Shown here in pieces: positions 1 through 13,807 of a stretch of 64,000 nt of DNA. The notes beneath the pieces were generated by a model. That model was not told where the DNA came from and did not search any database. It was given only the letters and a program-made list of their open reading frames with translations. The translations under genes were made by a program, and so were the position numbers. Positions within the stretch are counted from its first letter, which is position 1; every line of letters starts with the position of its first letter. The stretch lies in assembly GCA_964016885.1 (NCBI GenBank), contig OZ024743.1, positions 351,726,001-351,790,000 on the forward strand, given 5' to 3'. The stretch is from Eledone cirrhosa. Taxonomy: Eukaryota.

Positions 1-400
1 CCACATGCATCACAGGCTCATACCAGTGTAGCCTTCTCTCTTGTACACTGCAAATCCTTCTTATGCTCAGCATTTTTTTCAATTTATGCACATTTTGGGG
101 GAGTTCATGCATGCTAAAACACATCAATCAGAGCATGCCTGCTTTATTTCTTTCCAATCTTCATAGATCCTCTGCGTTCAATGCCCAAGTCCAACTACCA
201 TGCAACATCACACATCTCATACATACAGACATCATACAATCTGCCTTTCATCCTGAGAGCGAAATCTTTTGTAGCCAGCAAGGGTAGTAGCTCCCGGATT
301 ATAACAAACAGAAGAGGACTGAGGGCAGAGCCTGATGTATCCACACCTGCACGCTAAACTTGTCACTATACACATTGTTACCTCTAACCTTGCGAGAACA
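1..400 (-). mobile_element. Degraded RTE LINE fragments (RT region)
   Basis: Minus strand shows LHGSWTWALNAEDL-like and KVRGNNVYSDKFSVQV-like RTE ORF2 remnants. Confidence 0.75.
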
Positions 401-714
401 TGCCATCTTATCAGAATTGACATTAGGTTTTGTATATGGAGATTAATTTGTGCAGTATATTATGTAAGATGATGATGATATATACTTTATGTGTCTGTTA
501 GTGTTTCTGGATGTATGTGCAGCTGGTTACAGACTAAATAGTAGCAATTTATTTGATTGGTTGAAAAGATCTGTAACCAGACCAGATGCATATATATTTA
601 TATAACTGGTTTTAGCAAAACTATGTTTATGTCAATCTTTTCAACCAATCAAATAACTTGCTACTATTCACTCCTAAAGCATGCTGTATATATATATATA
701 ATCTTAGACATTGA

Positions 715-1710
715 CCAAGAAACTCACTCAGATGGTGGATAGGTGCTACACGAGAATGCTGAGGATGGCTCTGAACATCATCATCATCATCATCATCGTT
801 TTACGTCCGTTCTTCCACGCTAGCATGGGTTAGACGGGTTGTCCTGTTGTGTGCAGTGTCTGGTCGGCTGACCATGCCTTGCTCATACGGGAACTGATCT
901 GGCTTGATTTCTACAGCTGGATGCCCTTCCTAACACCAACCTCATTTACAGTGAGTGCTGGGTGCTTTTTCGTGGCGCCTACACGTCCACTTTACAGTGT
1001 AGGCTGGGTGCTTTTTTTCCGTGGCACCTCCACGACCACCTTGCGGTGGGGGGTGTGGGGGCATATTGTTTATATGCTTCAGCATGTACCCATGGGAGGT
1101 CGGGTACTCTGTATTACTGCGTGACGCCAGAAGTCACGGTCGTGTGTCATTGTCTTTGAGAGGTGTAATTGGGTAAGGTCGGCTTTTATCACCTCATCCC
1201 AGGTCATCTTGGGTCTCCCCACTCCGCGGTTTCCATCAACTTCTAGTGCTCTGCACCTTTTTATGCAGCTGTCATCCTTCATACGCATTACATGTCCATA
1301 CCAGCGCAACCGCCTCTCCTGCACACAGCATTTGATTCCTCTTATGCTCAGTCTCTCTCTCAATTCATTTATGCTTTGTCGTTCACGTATATTACTGTTA
1401 CACATCCATCGGAGCATGCAGGCTTCGTTTCTCTCTGAGGATGAAGAACTCAGAACTATACAGGAGCCTACCAAAAGTCAGCTCAAAAGTGACACAGAGG
1501 GGAGACTGAGGTTAGCTGGACATGCTCACCGACATCCAGGGTTGACACTGCACTCAGTGCTCCTGTGGACACACTGGAAGAGGAAGACCAAGGTTAACGT
1601 ATGTTGATGCCCTAACGACAGATACTGGTCTGTTGGAGACACAGGACATGGCAGCGATAATGAGGGACAGAGACCGCTGGAGAGAACTCGTCCATGGATC
1701 TCGGGAATTT
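715..1710 (+). mobile_element. Second RTE-type LINE 3' fragment on the plus strand, split by the minus-strand RTE
   Basis: 715-780 encodes CYTRMLRMALNI. 1440-1710 encodes RLRLAGHAHRH...GRGRPRLTYVD...DRWRELV across frameshifts. Confidence 0.75.
777..1438 (-). mobile_element. RTE LINE 3' end with 3' UTR and (GAT)n tail
   Basis: ORF 1079-1474 contains ERRLRWYGHVMRM...GRPKMTW. (cat)n tail at 777-797. Confidence 0.9.
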
Positions 1711-1812
1711 TACCCGCCCAAGATATATAATCTTGTAAAGAATTTACTCTTACTCTAAAATTTTGGACAACCTGCCACTCTTGATTTTTGAAATGTAATT
1801 TTATTTTTTTAC

Positions 1813-1924
1813 CTCATGTTAGCTTCTTTCTCCAGGCACATGTCAACAAAATTGTGAAAAGCATAAGAGAATGTTCGGGTCAATGCTGGTGAATCTTTAG
1901 CAATGTTTGTACTTAATCGATTAC
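1813..1924 (-). CDS. STRAD: STRAD coding exon 10 (SNRLST...RTFSYAFHNFVDMCLEKEANMR); gene continues beyond window start
   Basis: 112 nt, phase 1-2. Matches STRADA RTFSPHFHHFVEQCL. No terminal exon found in 1-1800. Confidence 0.92.
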
Positions 1925-3529
1925 CTGAAATTGGAATAAAATAAGACAAAAAACGGGTAAAGATAATTTTCATTATAATAATTAGATTTTTCAAAATTAG
2001 ATTTACAAATATTTCATATCAGATATCAGATATATAATCTAATAATATTAGAAATTAATCAGGCCACATTAATTATTGAGAAGAATGGGGTACATTTATT
2101 TTAACTGAAATTTTGGCGGGGAAAAAAGTTTTTTTTTTATAAACGTTGTGAGGAAAATCAAAAATTCTGAAATCCTGATGCCTTAGCTGGTACAACATAG
2201 GTACCCTGAGAAAGTTTTTTCTTATTTCCATCATTCTGAAAAGACGTGATAGTGCCTATTCCCTCTTTCATGCTCTCCTACACTAAAGCATAGAAACATA
2301 CTGCTCATCCATTTGAACTAATGTAACAGCCACACACCCACACAAACATTCTAAACTAAATTCACTAAAACAAATCTGACAAATTGGACAATAGAGTTTA
2401 CAACACACCAAAACTACAATTAACTGCTGCATGGTCTTAAATATAAATAATTCCTATCCAGAGTTATGTATTTCTGGATTGAATCTAGTCATTCAATTGA
2501 CTACTTATGTATGACAGGTCAGCTTGATCTGGAACTACACAACAACAACTGAACAGAATTCTTTATAAAAAACAAAAACAATCAGCAAATGCTTTGATCA
2601 CTTCAATGTTTGTAATAATAGATATATAGTTTGTATACAAAAATATAACCAACAAGATGATAATGAAAATGGAAAACCTAATATATTTGGAATGAAAAGA
2701 TATTAAGATGCAGTTGGACTTGAAAATTAAATTGAATGAAACATGGTAGTGTTTTAGAATAATAGCTATCAAAACATAATTTTAACAGTGGGTGCTACCT
2801 ATAAACGCAGAAGAAAATTGATGCTACAAAAAAAAAAATTAAATTTGCAATATAAATGTGTGTGTTGTGTAAAGAACATCCTAAACTACGCATCAGAGAA
2901 GGAGAAAAAAAAACCACCTATTTCATAAAAATCTTATAAAGTCATTGTCATCATCATAACATTTAAATCTGGTTCAATGCTGAGGGCCGGGGACCAGGGA
3001 CAATTGCATCAATGTTCAACTATATGATTTTATTATCAACCTTCATCACAAGGATGAAGCTATTGGCCACTTGAGACGTTGTCACCAAGGTGACCCATCT
3101 ACCCTGGCTTTGAAATTAGAGTGATCTTTTTCCTAGACAGACTGCCAACCAAGGGTAACAAGTTCTGTCTACCCAATTCTTTTTTTACACATTACTGGAT
3201 GGCTGTTGACTCTCCTGACATACTCTGCCCTTTGATAGGTTTTGGTTTTCATCCCACAGGGTATCAAAAATTACTGGATGAAGCTTATTCCTGTTCCTTG
3301 TATTGTTAATCAGCTGAGAGTACAAGACACACCAGCTCATTTTTCAGCTAAAAGAACTGGAGCAGCATGAAATGAAGTACCATGCTTAAGGACACAATAC
3401 ATCATGCAGCCTGAGAATTGAGCTCATAATTGTGAGCCCAACACCTTAACCACTAGGCCACATAATATATCACTTCTTTTGAAATAAAACATGTAATTAG
3501 TGGGGGAAAAATAAGAAATGATATCTTAC

Positions 3530-3617
3530 TCATAGTACTGTGGACGCCACCAAATTCATTGATAGTACGAGAATCAAGTAACACTGGTTTTGTGCCATTT
3601 AATTTAGCTAAAAGCAT
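3530..3617 (-). CDS. STRAD: STRAD coding exon 9 (MLLAKLNGTKPVLLDSRTINEFGGVHSTM)
   Basis: 88 nt, phase 0-1. Matches STRADA MLLEKLNGTVPCLLD. Confidence 0.93.
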
Positions 3618-4035
3618 CTGAAATAGAATTAACATATTTTAAAATTATAAAATGATTACAACAAATGTTTTAAGGCAATTTCTTCTGCTAAAGCAGCAGG
3701 GGTTAGCCTTTCAGGCCCCATGACAAACTTCTCCATTTTGCTCTATCCTCTGCATCCCCCCCTCACAAACTTTCCTTTCCTCCTCCCTCATCTCTTGTCT
3801 TTCTTGGTCTTCCCATTCCTCTACTACTTTCACATTCATTTCCTCCCCTTTCACCCAGATACTTTCATTCTTCTTCAATACAGCTCATTCCATTTTCTAT
3901 CATAACATTCATCATCGGCTCTCCTCCCATCATTATCTAGAATTCATTGTTCATCTTCCTCTCTCTGGATGATACTCCACTCATCCAACAAACCATTCAC
4001 ACTTTCTCTAGTATTATAAGAAAAACACAACTTAC

Positions 4036-4140
4036 CTGTGTTACTGGCATATCAGCAAAAGGGGCATAACCATTTGCTAATTCGCATGCCAAAATACCAA
4101 TACTATAGATGTCAGAACGAGTATCATAACCAGCCATATT
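4036..4140 (-). CDS. STRAD: STRAD coding exon 8 ([35 protein letters not shown])
   Basis: 105 nt, phase 0-0, ccag/gtaagt. SDIYS.GI.ACELANG motif. Confidence 0.96.
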
Positions 4141-4299
4141 CTGGAATTTAAAATAAATGCAATATGTAAGATGATTTTAATATGAATCATCCTACCCAAC
4201 AAAAAAATTCTAAAAAGAAAAGCATAATTATAAACGTTATATTTTAAATGCTGTGTAATATATATTGTAGATGTGAATGATGTTTAATTCATTTGATAC

Positions 4300-6700
4300 A
4301 GGTTCATCATCGTTTTTGCACCTGCTTTTCCATGCTTTCATGGCTTGGACCAGTCCTTTTTAGCACAGTATCTCTCCATGTGTTGTGTTCCTTTCTCATC
4401 TCCTCTGTGAATTTCAGTAATTTGAGATCAGCTGTTACCACCTCCACCCAGGCTTTCTTTGGATTACCTCTACTGTGGCTTCCTGGCACTTCTTCACACA
4501 GCAATTATCATCCATACCAACAGTCTTTTCTCTTGCACACTACTCAATTCTTCTTAAACCCAGTTTCTCTCTCAGTTCATCCAAACTCTACCATTCTCTC
4601 ACATTAACATTAAACATCCAACGAAGCATGCTTTCTTCATTTCTCTTCAGCCTACACATATCCTTTGCATACACTGCCCATGTTTTATTACCATGCAACA
4701 TTGCACTTCACGCACAGGCGTCATCAGAGCTGTCCTCTCAGTGGTAAGGAGAAACCTTTTATTGTCAACAAAGGGAGTAGCTCTCTAAACTTTTTTCATC
4801 CTATCTTTATTTTAGTTACTATCTTCTCTGAGCACCCTCTTCCATTGCTAATTAGATCACTTAAGTAGCTGAAGCTATCAACTACTTCTATAGATCCTTC
4901 ATTTGATTGGAAAAAGGTTTACAACACGGACACTCTTACTATCGATTACCCCTGTGCATCTACTAGAGTTTCTGCCTACTCTTTTTCTACATATTGAACA
5001 AGGCCACTTCTCTGATGGGATCAGAATCCTGTCTTCTTTCCTACTTACTAACATTTTAGTTTTTTTAAGTTTACTTTCAGCCTCTCTGATTGTAAATTAT
5101 GTTTCCACAGTTGGAACTCATTCTCTAGTTCTTCTATGAATTCAGTTATAAGAACTAGACCATCCGCATAAAAAGTTCCCATGGAAACCAATCTTAATCT
5201 CCTCTGTTATGGCCTGGAGAAATATAATGAACAGAAGTGGGCTGAGGGCCAAACCCTGATGAACTCCTACTTGTACCTAAAACTTCTCACTAAACTTACT
5301 TCCTTCTCTCACTTTACTGACAACTTGCACTGTTCTCACAAGCCTTCTTCTACACCTAATTTCCTTAAAGACCACCAGATGACAGATTGAGGTACTTTGT
5401 CAAAGGCCTTTTCTAGATCAACAAAAACCAAATATAGTGGCTTATTCTTGGCTAGGAACTTTTCTCTTGTAGTTGTCTCATTAGGAAGAGGACATCTGTA
5501 GTACAGAAAACTAAACTGCATCTCAGTTAATTTGACTCTTTCTGTCACCTTCATAACTTGGTCCATTAGTTTTATTCCTCTATAGTTGCTCCTTTCTAGA
5601 GCATCACCTTGTAGCAATTTATGATTGTACTGTAGGACCAGTCATTGAGAATAATTCCATCCTCTGTTACTTGAGGCAGGTTACTAGTTTAGCTCCTACT
5701 TCTTCAGATGCTTTTAGCATCTCAGCAACTATCTCTGAAGGCCCTGCAACTTTACCATTCATCTCCTTGATTGCTTCTTTGACCCAATAGCTGGTCTCTC
5801 TGTTGGATGAGCTATGGTTAGTCACTCAACCTCCTATTCATTCTCTACATTCATCAGCCTCTCATAGCAACATTTCCAGGCCTTTCTTTTCAGCACCAGT
5901 GGTGCTATGTGCACTGGTGTCATTTCGAACACACTTTTCCCTAACAACATCCCAATTCACACCTACTCACTGCCTTGCAATGTGAAACACCTCACATCTT
6001 TGATCCTCACATCGAAAAACATGGCTAAACTTTCTTTCAGCCTCTTTCCATACTATGCATATCTGTCATCTAGCTTCTCTCTTAGCTGCCTGGTTCTGGT
6101 CTCTGTCACCTCCATTTTTCCAGTCTTTCCATACCTGTTTCTTGGCCGTAATATCTCTATCTACTGTGTTATTCCACCACCAGGCCGTTCTGTTTGGCTG
6201 GAAACCACAAGTCTCATCGGTAGTTCGTAATAGGTTGTCACATAAAAAATTCCAATTGTCCTCTATGTCATATGTATTTAACTCATTTTCCCTCACCTTA
6301 TATGCATCCCGTGGAGCCTTTTATTCTATTATGTGTTCCAGCTGAAGGGCTGTGGCCATGCTGGGGTACTGCCATTGATGCTACACTTTCTATAGCCAGC
6401 CTTCCCTGGTTGGCCATTGATGCAAAAGGGAGTTTGTTGCTGCTGTTCTTATTTGTGCTTCGCCTTGTGCTGTGGGTTCATCCGGGATCTTGGTCAGTAG
6501 AATGTTGAGATGTCTCTTGAAAACATCTACATGCACACCATGTAGATCTCTCAAATGTTTTGGCAGCTTATTAAAATGCTGGGGTCATTTCAATCCCAGG
6601 ATATTGCAATATGTGGTCCTTATTCTTGATGTGACAGATGGGGCCTTTGGCACTACATGGTGGCATTCTGTTCATGGGCTGATCCTGCCTTCAACACAGA
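4300..6700 (-). mobile_element. Degraded RTE LINE (RT and C-terminus)
   Basis: NYRGIKLMDQVMKV, LVFVDLEKAFDKVP and WWWNNTVD fragments with many stops and frameshifts. Confidence 0.9.
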
Positions 6701-7203
6701 AGTTTGATGCTAACCCTTCTAAGATCTTCCATATGTATATCATTGCGTATCTCTCCTGTCTCCACTCTAGGGAGTAAAGCTTTAGTTTCTTCAGCCTCTC
6801 CCAGTAACTCATCTCTTTCATTAGGCAATCCTCTTGGTGTAACTTCATTGGATTGCTTCAAGTTCTTACAGAAATGGTTCTTTTGTTCTTTACTCAATCC
6901 TGCTTATGGTGCATAGGTAGAGGTAATTGGTGGTTAGAATGAAAATCTAGGCAGGACAATATTTTCAGAGGATTACTGGAAAAAGGTGCTTAAATTAGCC
7001 TGAAGTATGAAACAGAAATAGGATGACAAGAGAAGATATGGGTGCAATGAGTGTGCTTAGTTGGGACTGTTATAGAGGTGCTAAATTCAATGGAAAACAT
7101 TCTAGTAATGGTAGAAGAAAGATAATTAAAGCCAGTTATTTTAGATAGTCCATGTATAAAGCTGATAGTACAAGTAAGATGTAGTAAAAGCAAGATAATT
7201 AAC

Positions 7204-7375
7204 CTGTTCGAGTATTTCTGGGCTGAGCCAAAGTAAGATATTAATGGGAGAAGCAGGATAATCATGAAGACGCTGGAGCCGCTTGCCACTTTGGACCATT
7301 GAGAGAGCATTATGTAATCCTGCAAGTTGGACATGACCGCTGGCTGAGATCAACACATGACTGGCTTTCACTGCA
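7204..7375 (-). CDS. STRAD: STRAD coding exon 7 (AVKASHVLISASGHVQLAGLH...WLSPEILEQ)
   Basis: 172 nt, phase 2-0. Degenerate catalytic loop HRAVKASH and GLH in place of DFG, the STRAD pseudokinase signature. Confidence 0.96.
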
Positions 7376-8969
7376 CTACAAATAGAAATAAAACAGTCAC
7401 ACTTATTCTTCAACATATTCGGACAGAGTGGAAAGCTTCCACTTTCTAATCAGTGGATTCTCTAAACTATTCAATCAAAAAATATTTTTTTCTTTTTGGC
7501 GCAGCAACATTTTTCTCCTTCTCCAAATACTTTTGCAAAATTAACATTTTTTTAAAGATTTTATAAAATGTAAAAAATTATTTTAATATTAGTAATATCT
7601 AGTGATATTTTCAGTGACATATAAACAAATAGTCATTCAGAAACAGAAAAGGTTTTGTTCAATGTTATAAGTTTTCAGTTGAAAATAATATCAAATCATC
7701 GCATAAAACAATTGTGGAAGTTAGCAGCTGAAGTTAAAAATAAAGTTAAACCTCGATTAACTCTAGTTTATGAAACATTAAGTGACAGACATCTCTGTGT
7801 AAATTGGACACATGTAGATTTATCCAACAAAGCTTGATATTCTCTAGCTATGTAAGCTCAAGTATTGTAGAATTATGCATCATGCCCCCAACACAAGAAA
7901 ATAATTGCAGTAAACATAAACTCAGAAAAAACATTCCCTCATATCTCAATCAATTAGTGGAAATTTTGATACTTTGAACAAAAATCTTTTAAATCCAAAG
8001 CTACTGTGTGGTAACATTTTGATGTGTGCACTAATACAGTGGCTATGTACTCACACAGCTTAGAGGGATTGTTGCTCCAAACCCATGGGTTGATAGTTCA
8101 ATCCCTTAAAAACTCAAAATATTCCACCTTTATAGCAGTTAAAAAATATAAGGAAAACAAAACAAATAGAGAAATGAAAGGAAAAGAGATTTTAAAAAAT
8201 AATTATCCAGAGAACTAAAAGAAACTCTAATATGGAGTACATAAAATCTTTTAAAACATCATAGAAAAAATTAGCACATATTCATGATAGGACTGCAAAA
8301 AAATGTTCAAATGTCAATACCTTTCAAAATTACTGAAAAACAAACTATAATCATGAATAAGTTACATCTCTATTTTGCATACAACATTTAAAATGTACCA
8401 TATATTTCAAAGTGAGGTTTTTCATGTCATATTTTTGTGGGGAAAGGTGTGATTTATACACAAGTATATACAGAACACAGATTTTTTTAAAATGTTATCA
8501 TACCAATCGTGTCAATTTTTATATAAGTTCATCCATTATGGTATAACTGTATCATAAAATTATGCAATTTGCATAGCTTAGAATACAAATAGCTTAAAAA
8601 TATGGAAAGAACAATGTAGTTTTTTTTTTGGTATGCAGAATAGATAACCATCACCAACTTGTCAAATTTTAATTGTTAACCCAAAAGGCAAATATAATGA
8701 AAAAAAGATTGATCTGAAATTCAAACCTAATGTACTTGATAATAAGAAATAACTAAAATTAACTGACCTCATGATTTAAATATGATCACCATGTTTCTGA
8801 AGTAATACACCTGTATATGAAAGGATTTGTCTTTGCAGCATATTACTAAAGACTTTGTTAGAATTTTAAGAGCCAGATGTACACAATGACTCAAAAGTGG
8901 CTTACCATGAGTGACACAGATGTCAAAACTGGTAGTGCAAGGGTTAGAATTTCCAGTACCCAGTTAGTA

Positions 8970-11100
8970 TAGGTCCTCTTCTTTGCCCACTTATTACTGA
9001 GATGGTGATGGGGGCAGAGTACTCTAACACTCTTTCCAATGAGTCCTGTCAGAAGCAATCGTCTCCAACCGATCCGGCTGGATCCCCAAGCAAAACCAGC
9101 CCAGCTCATAGATGTTATCCAACCTTCTTGTTCGGGTCTACTCCTGGGTCTCCTGCCGGTTGGTTTTGCCTGTAAAATCTGTCCAGCAATTCTTTCCTGA
9201 GACATTCTAACCACATACCCATAGTACTGGAACTGTAATATCTCAATTCGGAGAAGTAGTGGCTCTGCCTTATCTCCACGCCACACACACTAATGAGTAA
9301 CATCACCCCAAAGATCCCTCGGAGAAACCCCCATTTCAGCCGCTTGTATTCATACTCATATTCTTTTGGTCTTTACCCAAGATTTATACCATAGGTAAGG
9401 GTTGGCACAAATACCAAATACTACAGATGCTGAAACTGGCACATTACTGTACCAACTCCTGCAATTCTTGCACTTAATTCAGCTTCCTGCCTTCCATCAC
9501 TTGTGAACACAGCCCCAAGATATTTGAACTTTTCCACCTTCTTCAGTGGAACTCCATTCACATGTAGAGTGCACTACGCAGGTTTCCTTGGAAGGACGAG
9601 TGTCCCAGTTTTCACAGCACTGATTTTCATTCCAGCTATGCAGCACTCGACATCAAACCTATCAAGTGCAAGTTGGAAATCACCTTCTGTCGAGTTAAGT
9701 AATACCATGTTATCTGCAAATTCCAGCCAACTGATTCTACTCCTGCCAGTCATGATACTACTTCCAACCCGGCTGCGCATATCAATCCTGTTTATGAAAA
9801 TAATGAACAGGAGAGATGACAGTAGGCCCCTTTGGTAGAGTCCAACTCCCACATTGAATGGTTTCAATTTAGCACAATTTATCCAAACACAAATACTTAG
9901 GCATTTATATAGAGACATCAGAGCAACAAGAAGCTGACCATCAATCCCATACTACTGCAGAACTTTCCACAGCTGGTCTCTTGAAATGCAGTCATATGCC
10001 ATTTTGAAGTCTACAAAGCAAGAATACACTTCTTGTCAATACTTCCACAATTTCTCAAAGACCTGCCAGTGTGAATATTTGGTCAACTATGCTGCATCCA
10101 GGATGAAAACCACACTGATCATCAGCTAGCTTGGACGTGACAATCTGCCTACATCTCTTTGCTAGACACTTAGACTTTACCAGGTAGGCTTAACAAGGAG
10201 ATCCCACTATAATTGGAACACTCTCTCTTGTCTCCCTTTTTGAAATTGGGATTATCACTCCCAATTGCCATTGCTTAGGTAACTTTCCAGAGATCCAGGC
10301 CACCCGGCACACATGAGTCAGCCAGAGAATCCCTACTCTATTTAAGGCTTTTAACATCTCAGGACGAATTTCATCCTCCCCAGCAGCCTCGCCACATTTG
10401 AGCCCTTTAATTGCTCTTGTGACCTCAGTCATCACTTCCAGATGCACATCATGTACATCAGAAAATGCTGTTGTGATCGAGTTTAGAAGATCAGCAAAGT
10501 ATTCTCTCCACCCTGAGGAGGCACCTCTCTGAAGAGAGGAGAACTTTAGACACATTCTTGATAGCAGGTGTGGAGGAGGGCTTCTTATTACAAAGTCAAT
10601 AGATGGTCTGCCGGAACACTTTATTTGCTGATCTCAAGTTCAATTCCAGCTTAACCCCACAGTCTTAACTTTGGATACCTTTACTGTCTCTGCTGCTTTA
10701 CTGAATCTTCATGACTGCTTGTATTGCAAGTGAAAGAAGAAGGACTTATTTCCAAGCCAAGCTTTGTAGACCTCTTTCTTTGTTTGGATGGCATCTTTAA
10801 CCTCTTGAATGAACCAAGGGGCCCTCCTGCCATCCAGCACTACACCAAGTCTCTTTTGCCCGTAGCATTTAACAGCTGAAACAGAAACTACTGAGCTGAA
10901 CAATCTCCACTCTGTTTCAACATCCTCAGTTTACTCAAGGAGTTCTCTGAACTTGGATACAATAGTATCTGCATACCTGATCCTGACTTCCTTATCCACC
11001 AATACTTCCCACTTTATCCTGTAGGCTGACTTGGACCTGCCAGTTGGTGATCAGTTGACAGCTTAGCCCCTCTCTCATCACAAACATCTAGCACAGAATT
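8970..11100 (-). mobile_element. RTE-clade LINE, Rex3/Expander-like
   Basis: GEDEIRPEMLKALNRVGILWLTHVCRVAWISG...QWQLGVIIP, FNVGVGLYQ..LSSLLFIIF and EFADNMVLL. Fragmented. Confidence 0.85.
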
Positions 11101-11334
11101 TAACAAAATCAACTATACTAACAATAATTGATGTTGTCAGTGTATGTGAACTTTTCAAAAGCTCTTCAGGGTCAATGAGCTTTTAATAGATTTTAACCAT
11201 ATAAGCTTCAGATTATCTCAGAATTTCATAATTATCTGGTTCTGCAATGTTATCAAGATAAACTGAGAATTAACCAACAGGAAACACTAACAGCATGTAG
11301 AAAACCTTAAAGTGATGATGGAAGTGGTACTTAC

Positions 11335-11458
11335 CGATGAATAATTCCTCGAGAATGGAGATATTCTAGTGATTTGATGGTATCTCGTAATATGTAAGCT
11401 ATAGCTTGCTCGGGTAAGCCAGATGTGAAATAAGCATGGAAAATATCTTTGCAGGATC
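11335..11458 (-). CDS. STRAD: STRAD coding exon 6 (GSCKDIFHAYFTSGLPEQAIAYILRDTIKSLEYLHSRGIIHR)
   Basis: 124 nt, phase 1-2, ccag/gtaagt. Matches STRADA GSAKDLI...AIAYIL...YIH...VHR. Confidence 0.95.
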
Positions 11459-11719
11459 CTGGAGTAAATTTATAATAAAACAGAAGTGGAAAAAATAATT
11501 ATTACATTAAGATAGAGAGGTGAAGAGAAGTGGAGAGTGAATAATGCAACAATAGACCAAAAGATATAGTAAAAGACTTGCAAATATGTAGAAATATGGT
11601 GTTACAGGATAGGCTGTAATCAATATGTGTGGAAGCTCTGTTGGTTCCAACAAATGTTCTAGTAGTTTGATAAACAGATCAGCCTGAGCATTCCACAGAT
11701 ACACAACATAACTTTCAGG

Positions 11720-12100
11720 ATGATTCAGCATGACACAATGTATGACAATGTTGGCACTTTAAATCACAGATACAATATGATTTCCACTAGTTACAAACAC
11801 AGGGTTAACACTAGTTATGTTAGTGCTGCGCATGGTAGTGGAGTGGCTAGAGTAGCTGTGTGCGAGAACCACTCGACTGTCATCGAGCAATCACACAACA
11901 ACAACTTTCCCTTTCAGGTACACAGAACCTCCAGCCAAACAAGTAACAACTATCAAGGTACAAATCTCAGGACTGCCACCCTCAATGTTGGTACTCTGAA
12001 AGGTAGATTAGGTGAAATTGTGGAACTTTTAGAGAGAAGAGGAGTAGATGTATGCTGTGTACAAGAAGTGAGAGGGAAGGGTAAAAACGATGATGATGAT
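11720..12100 (+). mobile_element. RTE 5' end (APE endonuclease start) joined to (GAT)n tail
   Basis: LRTATLNVGTLKGRLGEIVELLERRGVDVCCVQEVR followed almost directly by aaaacgatgatgatgat. Confidence 0.8.
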
Positions 12101-13275
12101 ACAACTCATTGTTTACAGCTGAGTGAACCAGGGCAAGGTAAGGTAAAGTATCTTGCTCAAGAGCACAATGAGCAACCGTGAGCAGAACATCCTAACCATC
12201 CATCTTCACTAATATAATTATATACAAAATATGAACAAAGATATACGAGTTCCTTTTCTTGTATGTCCAGACCAAAAATATATGCAACTTGTTAGAGACA
12301 TCACAATACATTTTTCCTCACAGACAAAAGTACAAAATTTTTAAAAGCTTTGAGGGAATTTTTTATGGAAAAAAACACAACCAATTATAAACAACATCTC
12401 CCTATTCAAAAATTATGAAAACAAGAGAATATTTTGTTCATGATACAAACAAAATAATTTACTCAGATGTTAAACACTAATCTAATTTAAAAATCAAAAT
12501 ATTTAGACCTTTAAAGAAGTAGAAGCATTTCTAGTTATAAAGCTGATAAGAAACTTAACAAATATTCAGAAGGATAAAAATAAATTCTTTTTCATTTCTG
12601 TTATTTAGTGTTACTGTGATTAATAACAAAACTTGATAAACGGATGGTAGGTGGCTAACTGAAAGTTCCAATGGGAAGATTTTGAAAATAATGGTAAAGC
12701 TATAACATTTTCTGGATATTTTTAAAACTAAAACAAACAGGTAACAGAGAATAGGTTTCATTGACTAAAGCAGTAAAAATAATGTGTTATGTGTATGACT
12801 CAGAGGATGATGGGAATAGAGCCAGTAATGAATGTTATAAAGAGAAATGGAATGAGATTGTTGGGTCATGTATTGAGGAAGGATGAAAGTGAGAGAAATG
12901 ATGGAAATGGATGTAGAAGGAAGTAGAAGGGAAAGACCAAGAAAGACATGGCTAAAAATGAAAACCAGGGAATTAGTGAGAGGGAATACAGACAATAGGG
13001 CAAAATGGAGAAGTTTGTCATAGGGCCTGCATGGCTAACCTCTGATTTAGCAGGGAAAATGGCTTTAAAATGCTTGTTGTTGTATGGGTGCCACACTTAT
13101 AACACTGCTTAATCTTTTACTGGACAGTTATAGAAAATGATTTTAAGATGACACATCAATAAACAAATTAATAATTCAGTTTGAAAATAGTTGATACAAA
13201 TCAATATAATTAAGCTGACATACTGATGTCAGAATTAAAAATGATTACAAGTAAGAACTGAAAAGTAATAAAATA

Positions 13276-13604
13276 CAGTTGTCCCCCGGTATTCACGGGA
13301 GTTACATTTCTAGAGCACCCACGAAGAGTGAAAAACCGCGAATATTGGACATGGTCCATAAAAATGTCTATAAATGTCAAAATATAAGGTAAAATATAAT
13401 ATAAGAAGGCGCATTCAATAGGCTAGCAAATACGGTATATTGTTATTAATGATTTAGCATTAAAAAATATATATTGCCACAAAAAAAATCGCAGAAGATA
13501 TTTACGATTCCGCAAATACGTAGTTGTTTACACAAACAATTATTAGTTAGGGTCTAAGGAAAATTCTGTGCATAACCGGGACCACGAATGCGGGGGTTAC
13601 ACTG
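13276..13604. mobile_element. Tigger/pogo-like MITE
   Basis: TA|CAGTTGTCCCCCG...CGGGGGTTACACTG|TA: TIRs with TA target-site duplication. Confidence 0.75.
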
Positions 13605-13698
13605 TACACCATATAAATCTATGCTTTCACACACACTAAAGTGATGCAATAACACAACACATGACATAAACAGAATAAGCTACTAAATTAACACTTAC

Positions 13699-13807
13699 CA
13701 TATGCCATAAATGGCATAACAATCCAAAGTTCATGGTCATAAACAAATGTTGTGTGAAATTTCAAAATTTTTTCATGTTGTAGTTGCTGAACCAAGGCAA
13801 TTTCTTT
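13699..13807 (-). CDS. STRAD: STRAD coding exon 5 (KEIALVQQLQHEKILKFHTTFVYDHELWIVMPFMAYG)
   Basis: 109 nt, phase 0-1. ELWxVxxFMAYG is characteristic of STRAD. Confidence 0.95.
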
